A DNA stretch of 54,258 nucleotides from NCBI GenBank assembly GCA_039178415.1, contig JBCDFF010000001.1:1-54258 (forward strand), given 5' to 3'. Position 1 is the first letter of the stretch. Every line of letters begins with the position of its first letter. A program made the translations under genes and the position numbers. Of the stretch, positions 35,700 to 44,557 are shown piece by piece. This DNA is from Bacteroidota bacterium. Its GTDB lineage: Bacteria; Bacteroidota; Rhodothermia; Rhodothermales; Rubricoccaceae. Below the pieces are notes generated by a model, which was not told the origin of the DNA, made no database searches, and worked only from the letters and a program-made list of their open reading frames with translations.

Positions 35700-37499
35700 T
35701 CAAGCGCTCGCCACTTGGCCGTACCGCGCATAGACCTCGCGCGCCCAGCCACGCAATCCTCGATCCCGCGGCGACACAAGGCCTTCTGCCAGCATCCACT
35801 GGCGCACGGGCGTCGTGAAGCCGGTCTTCGGCCGGTTCAGGACTGCATCTGGAAGAGGAAGCGCAGGAGCTTCGGCCAGACTGTGCTTGCCCAAGTCGGA
35901 GCGTGCAGCCAGCAGGGGGGCGACGCTGCGCAGGAGGTGAATGTCTACGAGAGGAACGCGGACCTCCAGCGAGTGGGCCATGCTTGCCCAGTCGGTGTCA
36001 CGCAGGAGCTGGTTCCGCATGTACCACACCGACTCGAGCGCGGAGACCTTCAGCCGCTTCGTTCGGATAGGCCGAGCGGTTTCCTGAAGGCGCGCGCGCG
36101 TCTCGAGGGTACGCCACCCTTCCCGGACGAGATCGGGGTCCAAGATGTCAGGAAGCTCCCATGGCATGAACATGCCGCGCCGCAGGAGGTAGGCTCCAGC
36201 GTAGTCTGTGCCGTACTCCAGCAGTCCGGCGTACTTGGGCGACGTAAAGCGCCGAAGCATCGGGGCGGAGACGGCTCGCAGGTGCGGGCCAAGCTGGGCT
36301 GCGAGGGGGACTCGGCGCGTGAGCGAGACGAGTTTCGGAATCTCCGTAAAGCTGGGGTAGCCGCCGAACAACTCGTCGCCGCCTAAGCCGGAGACGGCGA
36401 CCTTCAGGCCCGCTTCGGCCGCAGCCCGGCTGACGAAATAGCTGTTCAGGCCGTCAGTCGAGGGCTGGTCCATCGCCGAGAGGAAGCGGCCGGACTCCTG
36501 CTTGAAATCGGACCGTCCGATCCAGACGGTGTCGTGCTGAGCACCGTAGTGGGCCGCCACTTGCTCTGCGAGAGGAACCTCGTCGTTGCTCGTGCCTCGG
36601 TACTCGGCGAACCCGAGCGTGACCGTCCGAAGCTGCCCGCCGACCTCCGAGGCTAGCGCCGCCAGCGCCGTCGAGTCGCGCCCCGACGACAAAAAGACGC
36701 CCACGTCCACGTCGGCAATCAGGTGGTGGCGGACCGTGTCAAGAAGAGCTTGGCGAAGCCGGTCGCGTGCCTCACCGTTTAGATGGATTTCTCTACGCTC
36801 AGCCTCGGAGAGCAGGTCTGGAATAGTGGCGAACGAACGCTCCCGGCGTTGGCCTTCGCTGTCGACCCAGAGCGTGTGCCCAGCAGGGAGCGCTTGGACT
36901 CCCCTGTACAGGGTGTGTGGCTCGGGCACATGCCCCCACAGGAAGAATCCAACGTGTCCTGCCGGATCGGGCGCCGTGTCGACAGCTCCCGCTGCCAATA
37001 GAGCTTTCACCTGCGAGGCGGCGCGGAAGGTTGTCCCGTCGTCTGCCCAGTAGAGCGGCTTGATGCCGTAGGGGTCCCGAGCAAGGAAGAGGCCGCCACG
37101 CTCAGCGTCCCATAGCGCGAAGGCGAACATGCCGCGCAGGTCGTGGACCATCGACTCGCCGTGCTCGGCCCACAGGTGCAGCAGAACCTCCGTGTCCGAA
37201 TGCGACGTAAAGCAATGCCCGCGGCGCTCAAGGTCAGCACGAAGCTGACGGTAGTTGTAGATCTCTCCGTTGAAGCTGATGACCTGCGTGCCCGTGTGGG
37301 ACGGCATCGGCTGAGCGCCCGCCTCAGAGAGGTCGATGATAGAGAGGCGGCGATGACCTAAGCCGGCACGGCCGTCCGGTGCTGTCCACGTACCTGAACC
37401 GTCAGGTCCGCGCAAGGCCATTGCGTCGCAGGCGAGCCCGAGCCATGCTCGGTCCACCTGAGAGTCTCCGTAGGCGAAAGCCGCCGCGATCCCGCACAT
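35700..37499 (-). CDS. asnB: Asparagine synthetase (glutamine-hydrolysing) family amidotransferase, first gene of the minus-strand glycan array
   Basis: MCGIAAAF with the Ntn nucleophile Cys2. SGRDSTALAAL is a PP-loop (SGGxDS-like). The length of 599 aa fits. Confidence 0.9.
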   Translation of the reverse strand: MCGIAAAFAYGDSQVDRAWLGLACDAMALRGPDGSGTWTAPDGRAGLGHRRLSIIDLSEAGAQPMPSHTGTQVISFNGEIYNYRQLRADLERRGHCFTSHSDTEVLLHLWAEHGESMVHDLRGMFAFALWDAERGGLFLARDPYGIKPLYWADDGTTFRAASQVKALLAAGAVDTAPDPAGHVGFFLWGHVPEPHTLYRGVQALPAGHTLWVDSEGQRRERSFATIPDLLSEAERREIHLNGEARDRLRQALLDTVRHHLIADVDVGVFLSSGRDSTALAALASEVGGQLRTVTLGFAEYRGTSNDEVPLAEQVAAHYGAQHDTVWIGRSDFKQESGRFLSAMDQPSTDGLNSYFVSRAAAEAGLKVAVSGLGGDELFGGYPSFTEIPKLVSLTRRVPLAAQLGPHLRAVSAPMLRRFTSPKYAGLLEYGTDYAGAYLLRRGMFMPWELPDILDPDLVREGWRTLETRARLQETARPIRTKRLKVSALESVWYMRNQLLRDTDWASMAHSLEVRVPLVDIHLLRSVAPLLAARSDLGKHSLAEAPALPLPDAVLNRPKTGFTTPVRQWMLAEGLVSPRDRGLRGWAREVYARYGQVASA

Positions 37500-37681
37500 A
37501 GCTGCTTCGTTTCTGATGGCTAGAGGTGCGCGAGGTCACCTTGCTCCTCAGTGGGCTCGTCCACCAGTCCCAGACGGGCTTAGACCTCTGCGGTCAAATT
37601 AAACTTCAAAAATGCAGCCAGAACGAATAATTGCGGAACCCTGATGCAGAGACTGGGCGGCCCAGCAGTGCTAGACGAAGT

Positions 37682-37714
37682 GCGGCCCGGACCTCGCGGT
37701 GAGGTCCGGGCCGC
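37682..37714 (-). terminator. Perfect 14-bp GC-rich hairpin downstream of the T9SS-CTD gene
   Basis: gcggcccggacctc (37682-37695) / gaggtccgggccgc (37701-37714), 5-nt loop, 20 nt after the stop at 37735. No clear U-tract. Confidence 0.45.
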
Positions 37715-37734
37715 ACGGCGCAGCGTGCTCAGGT

Positions 37735-38484
37735 CTAGCCCAGGACGGTCATTTTGCGCGTCGCCGTGAAGTCTCCTGCGCGGATGCTGCAGATGTAGAT
37801 CCCGCTGGAGATCCCGTTCTCGGCAGCGAAAGCGACTTCATGCGTGCCCGCGGGCTGCACCTGATCGACGAGCACGGCCACCCGGCGCCCGACCATGTCA
37901 AACACTTCGAGCGTGACGGGGCTCTCACGGGGAAGCTCGTACTGAATCGTCGTCTGGGAGGTGAACGGGTTAGGGAAGTTAGAGTTGAGCGCGAAGGTGC
38001 CCGGCGCTGCCGTCTCGTTCGATACCACCGGCGATGCGGTCATGTCGGACACTACATAGATGGCATTGCTCTCAAACGCCTCGCTCTCGGCGACGACCAG
38101 CGTGTACGTCACAGACACCCCGCCGAAGCCACGGCCATACTCTACGTTTTCGGAGGCGTCCCAGATGGCAAAGCTCAAGGACTCGCCGTCGGTAAAGCCG
38201 TCGGTCACCGCCGTCACAGGACTGTCCCTCCAGGCAACCAGAACAGCATGGTCATTCTGCCAGGTCGCACTGCCGGCGCACACGCCGTCTGGTGTGAAGA
38301 CGGCGAGCTCGTCGCCAGCTTCCAGTTTCGCGCCGCTTATGCTCGCGGTGGCGAGAGGCACAATCACTGTGGCGTTGCTGCCGGTCCGCGCGCTGCACGT
38401 ACTAAAATGAGACTCGGCGTGTGCGGCGGGGACCACGGTGAGGAGAACAGAAATGCTGAAGAGGAGGAAGTTGCGCGTCGTCAT
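37735..38484 (-). CDS. Secreted protein with Por/T9SS C-terminal sorting domain
   Basis: Signal peptide MTTRNFLLFSISVLLTVVPAAHA. C-terminus FPNPFTSQTTIQYELPRESPVTLEVFDMVGRRVAVLVD...GIYICSIRAGDFTATRKMTVL is a textbook T9SS CTD (TIGR04183-like). Confidence 0.8.
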   Translation of the reverse strand: MTTRNFLLFSISVLLTVVPAAHAESHFSTCSARTGSNATVIVPLATASISGAKLEAGDELAVFTPDGVCAGSATWQNDHAVLVAWRDSPVTAVTDGFTDGESLSFAIWDASENVEYGRGFGGVSVTYTLVVAESEAFESNAIYVVSDMTASPVVSNETAAPGTFALNSNFPNPFTSQTTIQYELPRESPVTLEVFDMVGRRVAVLVDQVQPAGTHEVAFAAENGISSGIYICSIRAGDFTATRKMTVLG

Positions 38485-39012
38485 GATCGTAGCGTGGCGT
38501 GTCGTTGCGTTTCGTGCCACGCAGAGCGACAATCGACATACCGCCTCAGCACAGGTCCCGTCTCATTTCTGTTCACCCCCCCATTAGCGAAACCCATCTG
38601 TACCATCGGTGACGCTCGGCTTACAAATCATCCGGTCCAGGTGGCGGGGTATCCCCAAAAGAGAAAAAGACACGAGGTAAATAAATCCCCCGGGAGTGGC
38701 GTTCTGAAATCCACGAACGTTTTGAAATGAACGCGGGGAGAATCGGAACGGCTCTTGCCTGCGCTGAATGCGTCCGCGAGAGCGACGATAAGCCTCCTAG
38801 CGGTCTTCCTGATTCCTCGTTGCGCCAGAAGCCCACGCGCGCTGTGCCTGATGAGGGTAGATAGCGACTCCGAGCATCTGTACCTTGCTCGCTTCCCCTA
38901 CGCTGCCGAATTAACGTTATCAACTCTGGGTGCCCACGCGGAGGGCAGGACCGCATCCCCGCCGCCGACCTCAACATCCAGCCGACCAGACGCCTACCGA
39001 GCGTAACAGCAT

Positions 39013-41397
39013 ATGCAGACTCCTGAGCCAGGCCGCGAGCGCGGCGCTTCCTCTGGGGGGTACTCGTACACTCCCTCGCCGACCAAGAACAAGCAGTTGG
39101 AGCAGATCCTGGATATGCTCTACCGGCGTCGGATGATTATCATCGCGGCGCTCGTCCTCGTCACGACCGGGGCCTTGGTCTACAGCTTTATGACGGAGCC
39201 GGAGTACAAGACCGGCTCCCTAATTATGCTAGAGCTGAACCGCGCCCCGAGCGGAGGAAGCGGTGCCGAGACCGAGACGCCGTTCATCCGCAGCGACCGC
39301 ACGATCCTGACGGAACTCTTCATCCTCCAGAACGACCAGGACATCCACCGCCGGGTCTACGAGCGGCTGAAGGAAATGAACGAGTCGGACCCGACCGTCA
39401 GCTACCCGCCCGAAGGGCAGGTGGTCTTCACCCCAGCCAGTCGATCGCTGGACAACGCGCTCCAGGTGACGTCGGTCAGCACGAGCCCGAGGGAGGCGGC
39501 TCGGCTGGCCAACATCTACGCAGAGGAATACGTCCGGCAGACCCAGGACGTGAGCCGGAACTACCTCGACCAGACGTACGGCTTCCTGAAGCAGCAGGAG
39601 GAGCAGCGCCTGGAAGAACTGCGCGTCGCAGAAGAAGAGGCGCAGCGATTCACGGAAGCGAACCAAGCGGCAGGCCTCACGCAGTCCGGCGAGGCTGTGG
39701 TGGCACAGATCGCCAGCCTGGAAGCGCAGCGCGAAGCCGCCGAGCTAGACCGCCAGATGAAGCTCGCGCAGATGGCAACGACCGAGGACGCGCTCAACGA
39801 GATCAGCCCCCAGTTGGCTGACCGCATGTCCTCTGAGACAGACCGCGAGCTGGCCGCGCTGCAGCAGCAGATCGCAAGCCTGGAGGGGCAGCGGCAGACC
39901 ATTCTCGGCTACGAGACCAGCCAGGGAACGGGGACGGAAGAAGCACAGGAACGCCGCGCTGCCGACCTCGAAGGCATCGACCGGCGTCTGCAGGCGGCGC
40001 GGGCCGAGGTGCGCGAGCTTTCGGAGACCTACGTGGAAGAAGTCCTCGCAGCCGGCGGCATCGACCAGGGGCAGGGTGCTGTGAGCTATGCGGCGGAGCT
40101 TCGCCGCCAGATGACGACAGACAACATCACGCTCGACGGTCTCAATGCCCGCATCAACCTGATGAACACGCGCATCCGGGAGATGGAGGGCGACCTGAGC
40201 CAGATTCCCGGGCAGTCGACGGAGTTTGCCCGGCTGCAGCGCCAGCGCCAGCAGGCAGAGCAGATGTACCAGTTCGTCGTGGAGCGCCTCCAGGAGACGG
40301 AGATTGCGCAGCAGTCCGAGCCAGGCTACGCCCGCATCCTGCGCGAGGCACCCGTGCCCAGAGTGCCCGACGGCCCGAGCCGGTGGAACACGATAGCGAT
40401 GGGCCTGCTGCTGGGCCTTGCGCTCGGTACCGGCCTGGCCTTCGCCCGCGACAAGCTCGACAACCGCATCTACAAGCCGGACCAGCTCCGCGACCGCGAC
40501 CAGAACGTCATCGGGGTCATCCCGAACATGGAGCCGCACATCAAGCAGGTCTACGACGGCGCGCTCTTCACGGAGTTCAACGGGAACGACGTGTCGACGA
40601 GCCTGACGACAGCGCTCGACCCGCTCTCGGCAGCCTCGGAGGCGTACCGGCACCTCCGCACCGCTGTCCAGTTCAGCCGCCCCGGCGTGATGGTGCAGAC
40701 GCTCCTGGTGACGAGCGCGGCCCCCTCGGAGGGCAAGTCCACGACAGCGGCCAACCTCGCGCTGACGATGGCGCAGGCCAAGCGCCGGACGCTGCTCATC
40801 GATGCCGACATCCGGCGGCCCAAGCAGCACACCCTCCTCGGGCGCCCGCTGGAGCCGGGTCTCGTGCAGGTGCTCCTCGACGGTGAGCAGTCCCTGCAAG
40901 CGTTCCAGACCTCGCTCGACGAGAACCTCTACGTCATGCCGGCCGGCGGCCTGCTGGACAACGGCGTCGAGGACGAAGCGTTCACCGGGGGCATCGACCC
41001 CACGCTCGTGGAGAGCCCCTCGGAACTGCTCGGGTCGAAGCGCATGCGCGACGTGCTCGAGATGCTGCGCGGCCAGTTCGACATCATCATCATCGACACG
41101 CCGCCGGTCTTGGCCGCCACCGAGCCGGTGCTACTCTCGACCCAGGCCGATGCGACGATCATCGTGGCCGCCGCCGGCAAGACGAAGGAGGGCGACCTCG
41201 ACCATAGCCTCGAGCGCCTCTCGGACGTCGGCGCGCATGTCATCGGGACGATGCTCAACCGGTTCGACCTGTCGCTGGCCTACGGCTACAAGTACAGCTA
41301 CGGGGTTTACGGACCGTACTCCAAGTACAGCTACGGTCCAGGAGAGCAGACAATCGAGCCCTGGTGGAAGCCGTCGCGCTGGTCCCACAAAGCCTAG
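39013..41397 (+). CDS. Polysaccharide co-polymerase / BY-type tyrosine autokinase (Wzc/GumC-like)
   Basis: N-terminal Wzz-like TM and a long coiled-coil periplasmic region. C-terminal kinase with Walker A SAAPSEGKSTTAANLA and Walker B IIIDTPPVLA. Terminal Tyr cluster YGYKYSYGVYGPYSKYSYGPG. Confidence 0.9.
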   Translation: MQTPEPGRERGASSGGYSYTPSPTKNKQLEQILDMLYRRRMIIIAALVLVTTGALVYSFMTEPEYKTGSLIMLELNRAPSGGSGAETETPFIRSDRTILTELFILQNDQDIHRRVYERLKEMNESDPTVSYPPEGQVVFTPASRSLDNALQVTSVSTSPREAARLANIYAEEYVRQTQDVSRNYLDQTYGFLKQQEEQRLEELRVAEEEAQRFTEANQAAGLTQSGEAVVAQIASLEAQREAAELDRQMKLAQMATTEDALNEISPQLADRMSSETDRELAALQQQIASLEGQRQTILGYETSQGTGTEEAQERRAADLEGIDRRLQAARAEVRELSETYVEEVLAAGGIDQGQGAVSYAAELRRQMTTDNITLDGLNARINLMNTRIREMEGDLSQIPGQSTEFARLQRQRQQAEQMYQFVVERLQETEIAQQSEPGYARILREAPVPRVPDGPSRWNTIAMGLLLGLALGTGLAFARDKLDNRIYKPDQLRDRDQNVIGVIPNMEPHIKQVYDGALFTEFNGNDVSTSLTTALDPLSAASEAYRHLRTAVQFSRPGVMVQTLLVTSAAPSEGKSTTAANLALTMAQAKRRTLLIDADIRRPKQHTLLGRPLEPGLVQVLLDGEQSLQAFQTSLDENLYVMPAGGLLDNGVEDEAFTGGIDPTLVESPSELLGSKRMRDVLEMLRGQFDIIIIDTPPVLAATEPVLLSTQADATIIVAAAGKTKEGDLDHSLERLSDVGAHVIGTMLNRFDLSLAYGYKYSYGVYGPYSKYSYGPGEQTIEPWWKPSRWSHKA

Positions 41398-41528
41398 GGC
41401 ATTATATTGCCAGCCCTCTGAATCGCTAGTCCGATTCCCGCTGTGCGCCGTGCGTGAGGCCTCGGAGGCCGCGCGCGGCGCACAGAGCGTACCGGCCCCC
41501 TCAGCTCTGCCTTCTACTCGCTAAGCGC

Positions 41529-42032
41529 ATGAGACGCCTCGCTCTTCCGTTCGCCACCGCCGCTCTGATCGCACTCGCCTCTCTTCCGGTACAGGCACAG
41601 CAGACTCCTGTGGCCGTGGGCGGGGTGCGCTACACGGTCTTCCATCTGCCGGGAGAGGCTACCAAGGAAGTCGTGCTGATGGGAGATCAGCAGAGCGGGA
41701 TCTATGTCATCGGAGAGACGATCACGCTGGACAAGTTCTTGGCCCTCACGGGTCTCTCCTTTTTCGAGCGTGAAACGGAAAGAGTAGAGATCAGGAAGAC
41801 GGTACGCGTGTTCCGCGAGCAAGGAGGCGAGCGCGTCGCCGTCTACGAAGCGCGGACGGAGGAGATGCTGGTCCAGTCCGAGGCCTATCCGACCCTCCAG
41901 GACAGAGATATCATTGCGATCGAGACGCAGTCGCTCAGGGGATTTGACTACCGGCAGGTGCTCCAGACAGTCTCCCAGCTAGCCACCTTGACGCTGCTCG
42001 GACTTCGCCTCTACGACGCGTTCAACAACTGA
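41529..42032 (+). CDS. Small secreted protein with SLBB-like beta-grasp pattern (Wza-related fragment?)
   Basis: Signal peptide MRRLALPFATAALIALASLPVQAQ. VVLMGDQQSGIYVIGETITLDKFLALTG and TLQDRDIIAI resemble SLBB motifs. No Poly_export domain is evident. Confidence 0.35.
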   Translation: MRRLALPFATAALIALASLPVQAQQTPVAVGGVRYTVFHLPGEATKEVVLMGDQQSGIYVIGETITLDKFLALTGLSFFERETERVEIRKTVRVFREQGGERVAVYEARTEEMLVQSEAYPTLQDRDIIAIETQSLRGFDYRQVLQTVSQLATLTLLGLRLYDAFNN

Positions 42033-42086
42033 CCGGCAGGCTGTCCAGCCGAGAGCTGCGGTGGAGGTCAGAACAGTGTCTAAGCC

Positions 42087-42098
42087 ATGAAATTTCAT
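42087..42098. promoter_or_regulatory. Perfect AT-rich 12-bp palindrome ATGAAATTTCAT in the intergenic region upstream of the WecA-like gene
   Basis: Read directly. Stands out in a GC-rich intergenic region. No known operator assigned. Confidence 0.2.
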
Positions 42099-42413
42099 CG
42101 TACGATAATGGCCCGTCCCGAGCGTCGGTGTCGTATATAGCACCAGGTGCGAGCATTACCCGCACGTCTCGCCGGTCTCCTGTATCTCCAAACAGTGCGC
42201 CAGTACCGCCGAGGCACGGCGGCGCTGAGCGCACCCGCCGGGCACTGAAGAACAGAGCAAGAATATGGGCCTCAGTAATTACAGGTCCTCGCGTCCATCC
42301 ACAAAGGGCACGATTCCGGTACTACTCCACACCGATCTCGCGCAGCCCAACACGGAGCCGGCCTCGCACCTGACGGACAGCCGCTCTAGGCAGAAACTCA
42401 CCCACGCGGTCCT

Positions 42414-43679
42414 ATGGAGTATTCGGTACTAATCATCCTGATCACGGGCTTCTTCGTCGCCTTCGGTACGACAGGACTGCTGACACCGATCGTGCGCCGC
42501 CTCGCCATCGAGCGGGACTGGGTTGACCACCCGGATGGACACCGTAAGCTCCACACGACCATTGTTCCGGCCGTCGGCGGCATCGCTATCGCCATCGGTT
42601 TTGCCGTAGGGCTGGCGTACCTGCATGCCGTCCGGGACCTGCTGAACTTCGATGTCCAGTTCCCGTCGAGCGCGCTGTGGATAGGAGCCCTCGTCATCGT
42701 AGCGTCGGGCTTCTACGACGACACACGCGGGCTGGGCTTCAAGGGTAAGTTCGCCGTGCAGGTGCTGGTGGCCTATGCCCTGCTCCATGCAGGCTACCGG
42801 ATCGACGTGACGGGGCTGCCGTTCGTGGGAGAGGACCCATACACCCACGCGCTGATCTCGATGCCGCTGACGCTGCTCTGGGTCGTGGGGGTCATCAACG
42901 CGGTCAACCTGCTCGACGGGCTCGACGGGCTCGCGGCCGGCGTTTCGCTCATCGCGTTTGCCTCGCTGGGCCTCATCTTCGGGATGGGCGGCGAACTGGG
43001 GCTGGTCTTGATCGCGCTCATCATCACCGGGGCGCTCGCCGGGTTCTTGCTCTTCAACTTCAACCCGGCCTCCATCTTCATGGGAGACTCCGGGAGCCTC
43101 TTCCTGGGCTACCTGCTGGCGACGTACACCCTCTCCGGCCCGGGGCATGCCGATCCGTGGCTGGCCCTGCTCATCCCGGCTGTGGTGCTCGGCCTTCCGC
43201 TGATCGACACGGCGCTCTCGATCGCGCGCCGCTTCGCGGGACGCCAGGCGATCTTTGCGCCGGACCGCGACCACATCCACCACCGCCTCACGCGGACGTT
43301 CACGCATCGCCAGGCCGTTCTGGTGCTCTACGCGGTTGCGCTCTCGTTCGGCGTGGCGGCCGTGGCGATGAGCATGATGGCAGCCGTCTACAGCGTCGGC
43401 ATAATCGCTGTCATGCTGGTGCTGACCGGTGTAGGTCTGAACAGGCTCAAGTACCTACGCCGCAGCTACGTCGAGCCAGACGTGCATTCCATCGGTGGAT
43501 TCTTGGAGCGCGAGGAGGAGCCCGCTTCTGCACCGTTCGAGGCGGCGGACGCGCGCGACGAGGACGTGCTGGCGGAACCGGTGGCGGCTGGCACGGGCAA
43601 CGGCAGGGTGCACGACGGGCACGGTACCGAGCGAGCCGGCTCGAGGTCGGATTTCAACATGTCGGGTGCTACATCCTGA
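42414..43679 (+). CDS. wecA: Undecaprenyl-phosphate HexNAc-1-phosphate transferase (WecA/TagO, MraY-like GT4 family)
   Basis: VDHPDGHRKLH, FYDDTRGL, NAVNLLDGLDGLAAG and NFNPASIFMGDSGSLFLGY are the conserved WecA/MraY-family motifs. Confidence 0.85.
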   Translation: MEYSVLIILITGFFVAFGTTGLLTPIVRRLAIERDWVDHPDGHRKLHTTIVPAVGGIAIAIGFAVGLAYLHAVRDLLNFDVQFPSSALWIGALVIVASGFYDDTRGLGFKGKFAVQVLVAYALLHAGYRIDVTGLPFVGEDPYTHALISMPLTLLWVVGVINAVNLLDGLDGLAAGVSLIAFASLGLIFGMGGELGLVLIALIITGALAGFLLFNFNPASIFMGDSGSLFLGYLLATYTLSGPGHADPWLALLIPAVVLGLPLIDTALSIARRFAGRQAIFAPDRDHIHHRLTRTFTHRQAVLVLYAVALSFGVAAVAMSMMAAVYSVGIIAVMLVLTGVGLNRLKYLRRSYVEPDVHSIGGFLEREEEPASAPFEAADARDEDVLAEPVAAGTGNGRVHDGHGTERAGSRSDFNMSGATS

Positions 43680-43836
43680 GGCTGGCAGTGCGCGCTCGCT
43701 GGACAGATCCGCGAGCGATCCGGCACCAAATCGGCGCGCCGCCGGTAAAAGTCGAGCAGGCATAGATTCTTCTGCCCGATCATTCCTATACTCCCACCTT
43801 CAATCTCGCCACGGGGTACCACACGTGAATCTGCTC

Positions 43837-44127
43837 ATGATCACAGAGCAATCGACCATTGCCGTAACTCAAGGCCTGACGGCTGCCGACCTCGGCGGAG
43901 AAGCCGTTGTGCTGGACCCTAACTCAGGCCGTTACTACGGCCTCAACGAGTTGGGCGCGCGGATATTCGACCTCGCGAGGAAGCCGCGCTCGGTGGAGTG
44001 GATCATGGAAGCGCTGCTCCAGGAGTACGACGTGGAAGAGCGCAAACTAAAGGAAGATCTGTTGGCCTTCTTGCACGAGATGGAGCAGCGTCAACTCATC
44101 GAGGTCACCGATGGACCTGCTGCGTAA
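43837..44127 (+). CDS. PqqD-family RiPP recognition element (lasso peptide B1)
   Basis: About 96 aa. AADLGGEAVVLDPNSGRYYGLNELGARIFDL...LLQEYDV....L..DLLAFLHEMEQRQLIEV is the PqqD/RRE pattern. Overlaps B2 by 17 nt. Alternative GTG start at 43825. Confidence 0.8.
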   Translation: MITEQSTIAVTQGLTAADLGGEAVVLDPNSGRYYGLNELGARIFDLARKPRSVEWIMEALLQEYDVEERKLKEDLLAFLHEMEQRQLIEVTDGPAA

Positions 44128-44557
44128 GTTCGCCGGCCGCACCTGGGCCGACAAGCGGCTCCTGCTGCGCTCGCTCGCTCTCGTGGTGGGGGTGCGGGCT
44201 GGCCTCTGGGTGTTGCCGTACCGTACGGTTCAGCGTCTGGTTGAAGCAAAGCCGGGCCCCGTGCCCCCCGTAAGCACGCGGGACGGGGCTCCCTACCAGC
44301 GGCGCGTCGTAGCCGCCGTAGAATCTGTGGGGCGGCGGCTGCTCGGCGACAAGCCATGCCTAGTCCAAGCGCTCGTGGCGCAGCGGTTGCTGCGGCAGGG
44401 CGGGTACGAGACCTCGCTGCACCTCGGAGTCGCTAAAGACGGGCGGAAGCTCCTCGCGCACGCGTGGCTCGAACGCGACGGCTACGTGGTGATTGGCGGC
44501 GGACGATCGCAGTTTCAGTACACGCCGCTCAGCCCGGTCGGGCCGGACGCCGCGTGA
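44111..44557 (+). CDS. Lasso peptide leader protease B2 (transglutaminase-like Cys protease)
   Basis: KPCLVQALVAQRLLRQGGYETSLHLGV......LLAHAWLERDGYVVIG shows the Cys...His-containing McjB C-terminal-like motif. Its stop overlaps the cyclase GTG (GTGA). Confidence 0.8.
   Translation: MDLLRKFAGRTWADKRLLLRSLALVVGVRAGLWVLPYRTVQRLVEAKPGPVPPVSTRDGAPYQRRVVAAVESVGRRLLGDKPCLVQALVAQRLLRQGGYETSLHLGVAKDGRKLLAHAWLERDGYVVIGGGRSQFQYTPLSPVGPDAA

Noticed and set aside
37540-37680. Bacteroidota -7 promoter motif (TAnnTTTG) upstream of asnB on the minus strand
   Set aside because: The closest match (TTTAATTTG, the reverse complement of 37597-37605) is one T short of the consensus spacing. It cannot be supported without transcript data.
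43764-43792. TATACT (43787-43792) as a -10 box for the lasso operon
   Set aside because: The best -35 candidates 16-18 nt upstream (TAGATT/AGATTC) match TTGACA poorly, and Bacteroidota-type promoters use different motifs. This is too weak to call.
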